A stretch of 44,895 nt of DNA from Chloroflexota bacterium. Its GTDB lineage: Bacteria; Chloroflexota; Chloroflexia; QHBQ01. Positions 18,793 to 28,202 of this stretch are shown piece by piece (position 1 is the stretch's first letter; the number at the start of each line of letters is the position of its first letter). Under the pieces are notes generated by a model. The model was not told the DNA's origin. It did not search any database and was given only the letters and a program-made list of their open reading frames with translations. Made by a program: the position numbers and the translations under genes. The stretch is from positions 1 through 44,895 of the forward strand of contig JAYUUN010000050.1 of assembly GCA_043754535.1 (NCBI GenBank). Direction: 5' to 3'.

Positions 18793-20004
18793 ATGACAGG
18801 TAATGTGATCAAGGGCAATGTGCTGGTGGCGCAATCGGGCGGTGGCACGGCGGTGATCAACGCCAGCCTGCTTGGTGTCGTGCAGGCTGGCCTACTCTCC
18901 CCGGCGGTGGAGCGTGTATACGGTGCGTGGCACGGCATTATGGGGGTGCTGGGCCTGGTAGAGCAGCCCTGGCTCGATTTTCGTCGTGTAGGGCAGGAGA
19001 CGCTCGACGGTCTTTATCGCACCCCTGGCCCTGCTCTAGGCTCCTGCCGCTATAGGATGCAGCCAGCAGACTATGGCGCAGCACTTGAACGGTTGATTGC
19101 GGCTGACATACGCTACTTCTTCTACATTGGTGGCAACGACTCGGCGGCGACTGCCCTCAGCGTGCAGCGGCTGGCCGACGCAGCGGGCTACGACCTGCGA
19201 GTAATCAGCGTACCGAAGACGATTGACAACGACTTGCCCGCTACTGACCACTGCCCTGGCTACGGCACGGCTGCCCGCCAGCTTGCGATCCTCACCGCCG
19301 AACTGGATTTGGATGCCTGGGCAATGAAGACGATTGAGCCGGTGCGCCTGCTGGTGGCGAAAGGGAGAGACAGCGGCTGGCTGGCGGCAAGCGCGGCTCT
19401 GTGCCGCCCCAACGAAGGTCGTGGCCCTCACCTGATCTATGTGCCAGAGCGTGCCTTTGCCGAGGATCGCTTCCTGGCCGATATCCAGGGCTGCATCAGC
19501 AAGTATGGCTACTGCGTGGCGGTTGTGGCTGAGACGGTCAAGAACGTAGCAGGCAAGTCACCGCTGCCCCAGGAGGGGGCTTTCGTCGATGCGTTCGGCC
19601 ACCACTATGGCGGAGACATTGGCGGCTACCTGGCTAGCCTGGTCAGGCGCGAACTGAAGGTGCGCGCCCGCCGTGACGAACCCGGCTCTGCCCTCAAGAC
19701 TGGTGCAGCCTATATAAGCCAGCGCGACTTGCGCGAAGCCTACCAGGTGGGGCAGGCGGCGGTGCAGGCGGCAGTGCGGGGCGAGCGCGGCAAGATGATC
19801 AGCCTGATCCGCAGCGATGGCCTCGCTTATAGCTGCACCACTGGCCTCGCCCCGCTCGAAGCGGTAGCCGAACATGAGCGGCTACTGCCCAGTGAGTACA
19901 TCAACGAGGCGAACAACAACGTGACTGGCGACTTCATCCAGTACGCCCTCCCTCTGATCGCCTCCCCCAGCGACCCCTTGCCGCAGTATGTCACCTTGAC
20001 CTAA
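18793..20004 (+). CDS. Phosphofructokinase, probably PPi-dependent
   Basis: AQSGGGTAVIN, IGGNDS, VPKTIDNDL (Asp/Lys signature of PPi-PFK), DAFGH. Confidence 0.9.
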   Translation: MTGNVIKGNVLVAQSGGGTAVINASLLGVVQAGLLSPAVERVYGAWHGIMGVLGLVEQPWLDFRRVGQETLDGLYRTPGPALGSCRYRMQPADYGAALERLIAADIRYFFYIGGNDSAATALSVQRLADAAGYDLRVISVPKTIDNDLPATDHCPGYGTAARQLAILTAELDLDAWAMKTIEPVRLLVAKGRDSGWLAASAALCRPNEGRGPHLIYVPERAFAEDRFLADIQGCISKYGYCVAVVAETVKNVAGKSPLPQEGAFVDAFGHHYGGDIGGYLASLVRRELKVRARRDEPGSALKTGAAYISQRDLREAYQVGQAAVQAAVRGERGKMISLIRSDGLAYSCTTGLAPLEAVAEHERLLPSEYINEANNNVTGDFIQYALPLIASPSDPLPQYVTLT

Positions 20005-20015
20005 GTACTCCCTAT

Positions 20016-21104
20016 CTACCTGCGCCAGCCCGTTGTCTCCCAATCGTCGGCGATAGCCTCCGCAGGCAACCAGGGAGGCAGCGGCATGAGCAGGAAGGTG
20101 GAGATCGCATCTACGAAGGGTTCGTACTCGGCGCGCAGTTCGGTCAGGCGACGGTCAGCCTCTGGCCCTCTCTGCAATACTATGCCCGCCGCCAGTAGGC
20201 TCTCGCGTAGGAGGGCAAGGGTGGCGGGCGGCAGTCGGTCAGGGGGGTTTGCCTGTGGGTGGGTATTGAAGACTTGGGCCAGGTCAACAGCGGCGTGGCG
20301 GGCCATTGCAAAGGCCAGGCGGGCAGGGCGCGGGCTTGCGCCCTCGATCCCAGTCTGTACCAGGGCGCAGGTGTCCAGCAGCGTAGTCAGGGCGGCCAGC
20401 CATGATTGGCGGTCGTGCTGCGAACGGAAGAAGGCAATCGTGGGGTAGGAGAGGTGGCTCTCCAACAACTCAGCCGACCAGCGTTCCCAGTCGTAGAGTA
20501 GCTGCTCAAGTGCGGCGGAGTGCTTCTCACCACAGTGCCGGCGCAGTAGTTCGCTGGCAGTCGGTGGCGAACCGGCGCGGGCATCGAGCATGGAGATGCT
20601 AACCTCGCGGCGCGAAAACGCCTGGTAGAGAACTGGCAGATAGCCGATCACTATTGCCAGCACCCCAAAGCCAGTAGCGGCCTCCGCCACCATCAGCAGC
20701 CGTGCGCCGTCGCTGCGGGGGGTAACATCGCCAGGGCCGAGGGTGAAGAAGGTGGTGCCGCTCTCATACAGCAGGGTGGCGAAGGTGATGTTCTTGTCGG
20801 GGGCGTTCACCTGCGAGCCAGTTGCCCAGTTGAGCAGGGCAAAGGAGAAGATCAATGCGACTGCCCAGGTGCCGAGCAGGAAGATCAGCGACAGTGGCCC
20901 AAAGTAGGCAAGTAGAGCCTCACGCCGCTCACTGTTCCGCGTGCGGCGCGCGATGGCGCGAAAGAGCGGCCAGCTTGTCATGTAGACCAGACGCGTGACT
21001 CGCACCCGCCGCCTTACCTGACGCGGCAGGATGATCGTCTCGAACGCATCACGCAAAACGAGGGAGATCACTAGCAGGCCGACGACGAACGCTATGCTCT
21101 CCAT
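20016..21104 (-). CDS. Potassium channel family membrane protein (ion_trans_2 type)
   Basis: TM helices; pore-loop-like GTTFFTLGPGDVTP; AFSRRE and ESHLSYP...FRSQH motifs. Confidence 0.82.
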   Translation of the reverse strand: MESIAFVVGLLVISLVLRDAFETIILPRQVRRRVRVTRLVYMTSWPLFRAIARRTRNSERREALLAYFGPLSLIFLLGTWAVALIFSFALLNWATGSQVNAPDKNITFATLLYESGTTFFTLGPGDVTPRSDGARLLMVAEAATGFGVLAIVIGYLPVLYQAFSRREVSISMLDARAGSPPTASELLRRHCGEKHSAALEQLLYDWERWSAELLESHLSYPTIAFFRSQHDRQSWLAALTTLLDTCALVQTGIEGASPRPARLAFAMARHAAVDLAQVFNTHPQANPPDRLPPATLALLRESLLAAGIVLQRGPEADRRLTELRAEYEPFVDAISTFLLMPLPPWLPAEAIADDWETTGWRR

Positions 21105-21132
21105 CTACTCACCTGCTCTCTGGCGCGGTTGC

Positions 21133-21324
21133 TCACCATATGCCTATGATCATAGCGTAGATGATAAAGCCAATGATCGGCGCGAGGATCGCCAGCAGCA
21201 GCATTAGTGGGCTGCCGTTGTCGCGCTGGCTGTCGAAGCCGTTCGCCTCATCCTTCTTGACGATCCGCAGCTTGCCTGCCCGCTCGTCCTCATCGTCAAC
21301 ATCCCAACGATGCTGCTGATCCAT
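21133..21324 (-). CDS. Small hypothetical membrane protein with C-terminal TM helix
   Basis: GGAGG 5 nt upstream of ATG; acidic N-terminus and hydrophobic C-terminus. Confidence 0.6.
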   Translation of the reverse strand: MDQQHRWDVDDEDERAGKLRIVKKDEANGFDSQRDNGSPLMLLLAILAPIIGFIIYAMIIGIW

Positions 21325-21477
21325 CATGACCTCCTGCTCTCCTCGGCTAAATAGCGACCTGGTTGCCCGGCTCACGATCTACATAACGCGTAGCCGCAAA
21401 CACCTAACCTAAGCCAGTACCAGTTTAGCACACTCAGCTATTGCGCGCATCTAGCTGCGGATTGCTCTTGGGCAGGC

Positions 21478-21508
21478 AAAAGCCCCTTGCCACAAGGGTA
21501 AGGGGCTT
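21478..21508 (-). terminator. Intrinsic terminator after rplL
   Basis: AAGCCCCTT...AAGGGGCTT hairpin followed by Ts on the minus strand. Confidence 0.75.
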
Positions 21509-21531
21509 AGGTCTAAGTGGCGGGGTTTGAC

Positions 21532-21933
21532 TTACTTAACCACCGCGTCTGCGCCAGCATCCTTTAGCTTGGCAACAGCAGCGTCGGCCTCAGCACGGGT
21601 GACGGCTTCCTTGATCGGCTTGGGTGCAGCCTCGACCAGGTCCTTGGCCTCCTTCAGGCCCAGGCCCGAAACGAGTTCACGCACGGCTTTGATCACGTTG
21701 ATCTTGTTCGGGCCAGCGGCATTCAGGATCACGTCAAACTCAGTCTGCTCCTCGACTGGGGCAGCCGCAGCCGCCGCGTCGCCGCCCGCGCCGGGCATCA
21801 TCATGCCAGCGGGGAAGGCCATTGGCGCAGAAGCGGTCACGCCGAACTCAGTCTCAATCGCCTTGACCAGCTTGCTCAGTTCCAACACGCTCATCGTCTT
21901 GATACTCTCGATAATCTCCTCAGCGGTAGCCAT
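21532..21933 (-). CDS. rplL: 50S ribosomal protein L7/L12
   Basis: [31 protein letters not shown]. Confidence 0.98.
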   Translation of the reverse strand: MATAEEIIESIKTMSVLELSKLVKAIETEFGVTASAPMAFPAGMMMPGAGGDAAAAAAPVEEQTEFDVILNAAGPNKINVIKAVRELVSGLGLKEAKDLVEAAPKPIKEAVTRAEADAAVAKLKDAGADAVVK

Positions 21934-21991
21934 TGTGGTCTACTGTCCTTTCTCTTGTGGGGAAGCTCTACTTGGATCAGGTAGGGATTGC

Positions 21992-22570
21992 TCAGGCTGC
22001 TTCGGCGGGGGCCGCTTCAGCGGTTGGGGCTGCGTCGCCACTCATTTTGTCCAGAACCTGCTTGAGGGCGGTGGCGAGGCCACTAATGCTGGCGTTCAAC
22101 ACGCTAGCGAGGTTGGCGATTGGCGCGTTGAACGCACTGGCAATCTGGCCGATCAACTGCTGGCGACCGGGTAGTTTGGCAATGTCTTCTAGCGACTTCG
22201 CTTCTACCAGCTTGCCGTCAAGCAGCGCGCTCTTGACCTTCATGACGCGGGCGGTACGCAGGTAGTCATTGAGCAACTTGCTGCCCGCCGCGATGTCGTC
22301 ACCCATGAAGACAAGGGCGGTGGGGCCGTTCAGTTGTTCGCGCATGGCACTGGTCATCTCGATCCCGGCTTGCTGGGCAGCCAGCACCGCCAGGGTGTTC
22401 TTGGCGATGTGGTACTCCATCCCCTTCGCGCGCATCTGCCGACGAATGTCGCTCAGTTCGGACACCTTCATGCCGCGGTAATCGGTCAAGACTACCATCG
22501 GGCTTTTCTTCAGCAGGGCGGCAAGTTCGCCGACCGTCTGTTCCTTTCGGGCTGTAGGCACTCTAATCAC
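21992..22570 (-). CDS. rplJ: 50S ribosomal protein L10
   Basis: DYRGMKV, KNTLA, LNGPTAL, AKLPGRQQL; directly upstream of rplL. Confidence 0.97.
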   Translation of the reverse strand: MIRVPTARKEQTVGELAALLKKSPMVVLTDYRGMKVSELSDIRRQMRAKGMEYHIAKNTLAVLAAQQAGIEMTSAMREQLNGPTALVFMGDDIAAGSKLLNDYLRTARVMKVKSALLDGKLVEAKSLEDIAKLPGRQQLIGQIASAFNAPIANLASVLNASISGLATALKQVLDKMSGDAAPTAEAAPAEAA

Positions 22571-22631
22571 CTCCTTCTCTTTACAAACTGCTCATCCCTG
22601 CTTGCGCGGGACGGGGTGGCTGGTTGAGGGC

Positions 22632-22665
22632 AAAAAGAAAGCTCCCCAGCCAATAGGTGGAGAGC
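22632..22665 (-). terminator. Attenuator terminator in the rplJ leader
   Basis: Minus strand GCTCTCCA...TGGGGAGC followed by TTTCTTTTT, upstream of the rplJ start. Confidence 0.7.
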
Positions 22666-22732
22666 AAACCGCACGCGACCGATGAGCCAGCCTGTTAGCT
22701 GGCAGATCGCTGTACCTGGTTCGTTCCGTCCG

Positions 22733-22791
22733 CCCCTCGGCTGGCCCTTTACGGTTTAAGTCCTCATGGAGGACACCAACTGTCTTTGGTT
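22733..22791 (-). ncRNA. Ribosomal protein L10 leader
   Basis: Minus strand CCAAAGACAGTTGGT...TTAAA...CCAGCCGAGG resembles the L10-leader consensus; lies upstream of rplJ. Confidence 0.85.
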
Positions 22792-22838
22792 GAGATCAGT
22801 TCGCGTATTCAACTAGCGTCCTCTTGCGAGGTCAAGTC

Positions 22839-22868
22839 ATTATAGACGATTTACCAGTTGGATGTCAA
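22839..22868 (-). promoter_or_regulatory. Consensus sigma70 promoter of rplJL
   Basis: TTGACA (22863-22868), 18 bp, TATAAT (22839-22844). Confidence 0.8.
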
Positions 22869-22992
22869 GTTCGCAGCGTCGCGGTAAGAGTCTATGGTTA
22901 TGCCACTCATCCGCCAACAGTTTGATGTAGGACGGCTGAGCCAACCTGCCTGCCTCTGGAGGCATTACTTCGCGCCAGGGGAAACATTGCGG

Positions 22993-23007
22993 TGGCACGA
23001 ACAATGC
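22993..23007 (+). promoter_or_regulatory. -24/-12 (sigma54-like) motif upstream of tspO
   Basis: TGGCACGAACAATGC with GG-N10-GC spacing. Confidence 0.4.
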
Positions 23008-23115
23008 CTGCTTTGCTCTACCAATCCACAGCAGGCTGGCAGGCAGTAGTTGATGGACAGCAGCCTAGAGCTGAGCCGAAGCAAGATACAATCATGCAGT
23101 TGAGAGGAGCAAACA

Positions 23116-23673
23116 ATGACCTTTTCGTTTAGCAAGGCTATAAAGCAGGTTCTTCGCCCACCTCGCTACCGTTGGTGGCACGCGTTCGCCTTTGGCCTGC
23201 TCGCCAACACCATCAGCACGCCAGGGGTGATCGGCGGCACCAGGATAGACAGCCAGCAGCGGTACAAGGCGCGCAAGCAGGCCGCCTTCGCCCCGCCGGG
23301 CTGGGTATTCGGCCCGGCCTGGGCGACCAATAACGCTTCCGTTCTCTGGGGCAACCTCAAGCTGGTCAATATGCCCGCCAGTACCCCTGGACGCAGCCCT
23401 CTACTCTGGCTGCAAGGGGCAAGCTGGGTGATATTCAGCACCTTCTCCTACGCTTACTTCGTGCTGGACAGCCCGATCCTCTGCTTCATCTGGACTTTCG
23501 GGATGTACCTGCTTACTATTGCTAGCATCAACCTTGCGCTGAAGATCGACCCGAAGATAGCCTTCTCGCTCGCCAGCCTGTTCCTCTGGTTGAGCCTTGC
23601 CAGCCTGGTCGCTGGCTACCAGATGATCTACAACTCCGACCCACTGTTCAAGACCTCCGCGCTAGCCAGTTAA
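23116..23673 (+). CDS. tspO: TspO/MBR family tryptophan-rich sensory protein
   Basis: FAPPGWVFGPAW motif, several TM helices, WLSLA near the C-terminus. Confidence 0.88.
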   Translation: MTFSFSKAIKQVLRPPRYRWWHAFAFGLLANTISTPGVIGGTRIDSQQRYKARKQAAFAPPGWVFGPAWATNNASVLWGNLKLVNMPASTPGRSPLLWLQGASWVIFSTFSYAYFVLDSPILCFIWTFGMYLLTIASINLALKIDPKIAFSLASLFLWLSLASLVAGYQMIYNSDPLFKTSALAS

Positions 23674-23876
23674 GTCGCCCACGCCCCATCTGAGATTAGC
23701 TTCGCGGTTGCTCGTCTGCTGGTTGTCTCCTGTTGTAGCAGCTAGCCTTCAGGCCACCTTGGCAAGTAGCTCCAGGCGGTGGAGGACCAATCATTGGCCC
23801 AAGAACTCGCCGATTTGCTGCTCAAGCTGCTCACCGGCACTACGCAGGGGAGAGGAATTTGTGCTACAGCTTCGTT

Positions 23877-25499
23877 CTACCAGCGACGAAGGCCACTCTG
23901 TCGCCCTGCCAGCCGCCAGGGATTGTGGTCGCTGGTGGGGCTAGCACTGGCGTGGCTGCCACTGCGCTCGTGCTGCTGATGGGCGAGGAAGGTGGCGACG
24001 ATGGCAGCAGCCTCCTGGTGATCGTTCCTCGCTATCTTACCATCCTCGGTGAGTGAGTCTGGCGAAGGCAGCGGGGGAGCAGCGACCAGCCGCGCAAGAT
24101 TGCGCTCAATCCAGCCGGTATCGAAGGCGGCTGCGGCGAACTCTGGGCTGGCAAGCAGGGTGCGGAGAAAGGGGAGATTGTGCTGCACGCCCACCAGCCG
24201 AAACTCGGCCAGGGCGCGTTGCATTCGGGCGGTGGCCTGCTCACGGTCAGCACCCCAGGTGATCAGCTTGCCCAACAGGGAGTCGTAGAACAGCGAAACC
24301 TCATAACCCTCGGCTAGCGCACTGTCCAGCCGCACCCCTGGCCCGGATGGGGCTTCGACCAGGCTTAGACGGCCAATGGAGGGCATGAAGCCAGCGGCGG
24401 CATCCTCGGCGATCACTCGGCACTCGATAGCGTGGCCGCGCAATTCTACCTCATCCTGGCTGAAGGGGATCGCCTCGCCTGCTGCGATTTTGATCTGCAA
24501 GGTCACGAGGTCCAGGCCGGTGATCATCTCCGTGACTGGGTGTTCGACTTGCAAGCGGGTGTTCATCTCCAGGAAGTAGAACTCACCTGCTGGGGTGTAG
24601 AGGAACTCGACCGTACCGAGGCTGTAGTAGCCGACCGCCTGGGCCGCCCTGACTGCCGCTGCGCCCATCGCTTGTCGCTGGACAGCGGGCAGGATTGGGC
24701 TGGGAGCTTCTTCTACTACCTTCTGGCGGCGGCGTTGCAGGCTACATTCGCGTTCGCCAAGATAGACGGCGTTGCCATGCTGGTCGGCGACCACCTGAAT
24801 CTCGATGTGGCGGACGAGCGGAAGGTAGCGTTCGATGTAAACGCCCGCGTAGCCAAAGGAAGAAGCCGCCTCGCGCCCAGCGGAAGCCAGTGCGTCCGCC
24901 ATCTCCTCTGGCCTAGAGACTACTCGCTGACCCTTGCCGCCACCACCCGCGCTAGCCTTGATCAGCACTGGGTAGCCGATCTCTGCGGCAATGCGCTGCG
25001 CTTCTGTGGGGTCGCTCACCTCCTCGGTGATGCCAGGCACAATTGGCACCCCCGCACGGGCCATCTGCTGACGGGCAGGCACCTTGTCGCCCATCGCCTC
25101 CATCGCCGCAGCGGGTGGGCCAACGAAGATCAGGCCCGCCGCAGTGACGGCACGAGCGAACCCGGCGTTCTCGGCCAGGAAACCGTAGCCAGGGTGGATT
25201 GCGTCTGCCCCTACTTTCTGTGCCAACTCGATCAGGTAGTCACCACGCAGGTAGCTCTCCCGCGCTGGTGAAGGGCCGATGTAGTAGGCTTCGTCGGCAA
25301 GGCGCACGTGCAGGGCGGTGCGGTCGGCTTCAGAGTAGACGGCTACGCTTTGAATGCCCAGGTCGCGGCAGGCGCGGATCACCCGAATGGCGATCTCGCC
25401 CCGATTGGCAATCAGGAGCTTGCGGATTGAGGCCTGTGGCGGGGGTTTGCTGGCTGGCTGGTTCACGGCGATGCTCTCCGCTAGCTGGGTTGCCGTCAT
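23877..25499 (-). CDS. Biotin carboxylase subunit of an acyl-CoA carboxylase (no biotinyl domain)
   Basis: LLIANRGEIA, HPGYGFLAEN, GGGGKG, RECSLQRR, EMNTRLQVEHPVTE; C-terminal extension without the MKM biotin motif. Confidence 0.92.
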   Translation of the reverse strand: MTATQLAESIAVNQPASKPPPQASIRKLLIANRGEIAIRVIRACRDLGIQSVAVYSEADRTALHVRLADEAYYIGPSPARESYLRGDYLIELAQKVGADAIHPGYGFLAENAGFARAVTAAGLIFVGPPAAAMEAMGDKVPARQQMARAGVPIVPGITEEVSDPTEAQRIAAEIGYPVLIKASAGGGGKGQRVVSRPEEMADALASAGREAASSFGYAGVYIERYLPLVRHIEIQVVADQHGNAVYLGERECSLQRRRQKVVEEAPSPILPAVQRQAMGAAAVRAAQAVGYYSLGTVEFLYTPAGEFYFLEMNTRLQVEHPVTEMITGLDLVTLQIKIAAGEAIPFSQDEVELRGHAIECRVIAEDAAAGFMPSIGRLSLVEAPSGPGVRLDSALAEGYEVSLFYDSLLGKLITWGADREQATARMQRALAEFRLVGVQHNLPFLRTLLASPEFAAAAFDTGWIERNLARLVAAPPLPSPDSLTEDGKIARNDHQEAAAIVATFLAHQQHERSGSHASASPTSDHNPWRLAGRQSGLRRW

Positions 25500-25525
25500 T
25501 ATACAGCATTTGCCGCCGGTCGTGA

Positions 25526-25978
25526 TCAGGCTTTGCAGTTCTTGCAGCGGCCATAGACTTCCAGGTGGTGGCTCTCGATCTGGAAGCCGAGACGGTCGGT
25601 TAGGCGGTGCAGCAACTCCTCCACCTCACTCTGCTCAAAGTCGATCACCCGCCCGCAGTTGCCGCAGACCAGGTGGTGGTGGTGGCTGCGCCCGCAAACC
25701 ACATAGCTGTGGCAGCTAGCATCGTCGAAGTGGACGCGTTGGAGGATGCCAAGCTCGCTGAGGAGGTCAAGGGTGCGAAATACTGTCGCCCGGCCCAGCC
25801 CAGGAGCCTCGCGCTGCACCGCCTCCCAGAGGTCAGCCGCAGTAAAGCGGTCGCGCCCACTGCTGATCAGGCGTAGCAGCATCTTACGCGGCTCGGTCAG
25901 GCGGTAGCCCGCTGTATCCAGACGGCGGAGCAGCGTTTCGTCAAGCGGAGAGATTGCAATCAGATATGGACTTGTCAT
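25526..25978 (-). CDS. Fur family transcriptional regulator (Fur/Zur/PerR)
   Basis: RLTEPR, GRATVFRTL, HHHHLVCGNCG, YGRCKNC. Confidence 0.92.
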   Translation of the reverse strand: MTSPYLIAISPLDETLLRRLDTAGYRLTEPRKMLLRLISSGRDRFTAADLWEAVQREAPGLGRATVFRTLDLLSELGILQRVHFDDASCHSYVVCGRSHHHHLVCGNCGRVIDFEQSEVEELLHRLTDRLGFQIESHHLEVYGRCKNCKA

Positions 25979-26017
25979 TTTGTTTAGCCTTGCCAGATAA
26001 TTTGTTAGCCACAAGGC

Positions 26018-26119
26018 AGTATAACACCTATCTGCTGGCTTGTCAAGACTGAGTATCAAAAGTCGGGGTAACCAATTTCAGCTTACCTATTGACAGGACG
26101 AAGACACCTGTGCTATGAT
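26018..26119. promoter_or_regulatory. Back-to-back divergent sigma70 promoters (fur and small protein gene)
   Basis: Minus strand TTGACA-17-TATACT (26018-26046); plus strand TTGACA (26090) to TGCTATGAT (ends 26119). Confidence 0.7.
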
Positions 26120-26204
26120 GACACGTGAGTCACAAGCCTGCGCGGGTTCTGCCCGTGTCCTCTAGCCAGCCTGATACGGCGTATCAGGGATAGGAGAAAC
26201 CAAC

Positions 26205-26420
26205 ATGGAGTTCTACAGTGTCAAGCACCGGGAGAAGATTCAGGTAGCGGATGACCAGGTGTATAAGGTTCACTACAAGCGCGCCAGCAAAGAAGGCAAA
26301 GACAACAGCCGCTATGCAGTGGGCGCGGAGGTTGAACACAAAGGGAGCAAGGTCAAGCTGACCAAGTTCGTTAGCAAGGAAGCCTACGACAAGCTGGATG
26401 CGCCAGAGCGCGAGGCATAG
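26205..26420 (+). CDS. Small basic protein, Cys-less DUF5679/CC1-like, possibly nucleic-acid binding
   Basis: AGGAG RBS and own promoter; FYSVKHR...RYAV...GSKVKLTKFV pattern. Confidence 0.7.
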   Translation: MEFYSVKHREKIQVADDQVYKVHYKRASKEGKDNSRYAVGAEVEHKGSKVKLTKFVSKEAYDKLDAPEREA

Positions 26421-26495
26421 GCGGGGGTACTAGCGACGAAAAGAGGGCAGAGCCAGCATGATGCGGTCCTGCCCTTCCCAATACCCCTTTTGGCT

Positions 26496-27947
26496 TCAGC
26501 TAGTCTGGGGCTGTAGGTTGGCCGTGATGCCAATCAGCACTGCTGGTGTCAAGCTGGCAGGTCGCTGCTGGGGGCTGGTTGCCTGGATGATCGCGCCAAG
26601 TTGGGCCGCCAGTGCGCTGAGTTCGTTGATCGAGTGGTCAATCACCGTCGCAGCAGCAACCACCCCGTTAGCATTTTGCTTGAGCAGGCGCATGGTGTCT
26701 ACTACCTGGTTGGAGGCACTACGCTGCTGCTGGGTAGCCAGCACGATGCTTTTTGCCCGTAGCGTAGTGGCGTTAACCGTGCTGATCACCTCCAGATTGG
26801 CTTCGGCAGCCGCTTTTGCCTGCTGCGCCCCCTTGTCGCTATCCTTCAAGCCCTGCTCGGTTGCCATTACGCTCATCACGTTGGCCCGCTGTACCTCTTG
26901 CACCAAATCTCGAATCTTGCCCACTTCCTGCTGTGAGCGGCGGGCCAACTTCTTTACCTGAGCGGCGACAACAGCGAAGCGTTCGCCCGCCGCCCCCGCC
27001 CCTGCTGCTTCTATAGCTGCGTTGAGAGCCAGCAGATGAGTCTCTGCCGCAATGCCCGCCACCACATTCACAAGATCGCTGGTACTCTGCGTGCGCTGGT
27101 TGAGGGCAATAGTGCGCTCCACGATCTGCTGCACCTGCGCTTTGATCTGCATCATTGCGTGTAGGCCGTCGTTCACCGCTGCCTGGGAGATGTCTACGGC
27201 GCGCAGGGCCTGCTCTGCCGCTCCACCTACCTCCTCAGCAGCATCGGCTATCTGCAAAGCAGTCTGCGACAACTCCTCGATGGTGGTCGTCACCTGACCG
27301 AGGGCCGCGACCTGCTCCTGCGCGCCGCTCAGTTGGTCGCGGGAGACAGCACCAAGCTGCTGCATCACGCTAATGATTGCGCTGCCAGTTTGCTGCTCAA
27401 GAGCCTGCTTCTGGCGTAGTTGGGCCAGGGCTGCGGCCAGGTCTGCTGCGCGTGCATCTGCCTCGGTTGCAGTGCGCCGCTGACTGTTAGCGAAGGTAAA
27501 CATCAGCAGGCTAAAGATCAGGAAAGCTGATGCGATGCTCGCTACGTTGATCAGCGAGAACTCTTGTGGTCTAGCAATAGCATGGACAGCCGTGTAGACT
27601 ACAACCGATGTCACACCAACCACTGGCACTGCACGCCCGTTGATCAGCACCCCGGCTAGACCGATAGCGATCATGAAGCCGACCATGCCAGTGCTGTAGC
27701 CAGTAGCAACAGTTTGGGCAGAAACAAGCACCAGACCCAGACAGGCGACATAGCGTGCAGCCATCAGGCTGAAGTAGGAGGTAACAAGCAGCACTGCCCC
27801 GAAAGCCACTGTAAGGAGGCTTCCTGGGTTCACCCCTCGACTAGTGAAAATGAACAGACCTATGCCTCCGACCACGATGGCGCAGAAGCCCAGTAGGTAC
27901 AGGATGCGGCGGGTGTTTTGTTCGCGGTTGCTGTTCAGCTTGCTCAT
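26496..27947 (-). CDS. Methyl-accepting chemotaxis-like protein with multi-TM N-terminus
   Basis: Hydrophobic N-terminal third; ETHLLALNAAIEAAGAGAAGERFAVVAAQVKKLA. Confidence 0.88.
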   Translation of the reverse strand: MSKLNSNREQNTRRILYLLGFCAIVVGGIGLFIFTSRGVNPGSLLTVAFGAVLLVTSYFSLMAARYVACLGLVLVSAQTVATGYSTGMVGFMIAIGLAGVLINGRAVPVVGVTSVVVYTAVHAIARPQEFSLINVASIASAFLIFSLLMFTFANSQRRTATEADARAADLAAALAQLRQKQALEQQTGSAIISVMQQLGAVSRDQLSGAQEQVAALGQVTTTIEELSQTALQIADAAEEVGGAAEQALRAVDISQAAVNDGLHAMMQIKAQVQQIVERTIALNQRTQSTSDLVNVVAGIAAETHLLALNAAIEAAGAGAAGERFAVVAAQVKKLARRSQQEVGKIRDLVQEVQRANVMSVMATEQGLKDSDKGAQQAKAAAEANLEVISTVNATTLRAKSIVLATQQQRSASNQVVDTMRLLKQNANGVVAAATVIDHSINELSALAAQLGAIIQATSPQQRPASLTPAVLIGITANLQPQTS

Positions 27948-28202
27948 CTTTTTCCCCTCACTTACGATCCTCTTAAATCTATGACCATTATATAGCTAAT
28001 CCAGGTCGCGATCAATTACAGCGTGTAGTACATTAGTCAAAACATAGCTGGTACTTTCGGCTAGCGGCCACAAGGGGCATCTGTTTTACACCCTTTTTAC
28101 TTCTGGCTAATCTACAATTAACCTTCATCGGTTACAATGACCCTACAAGCGTTATCCCATGCCAAGAGGGCAACTACACAGACCCATAGGAGGCTTTGAG
28201 TA

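Noticed and set aside
23700..23876. Protein-like fragment VEDQSLAQELADLLLKLL between tspO and the biotin carboxylase gene
   Set aside because: No clear RBS or recognisable family, and the ORF runs into the opposite-strand gene
4355..25271. Long antisense ORFs such as 4355-5479, 11067-11948, 13481-14527 and 24432-25271
   Set aside because: They are shadows of well-supported genes in high-GC DNA and have no motifs of their own
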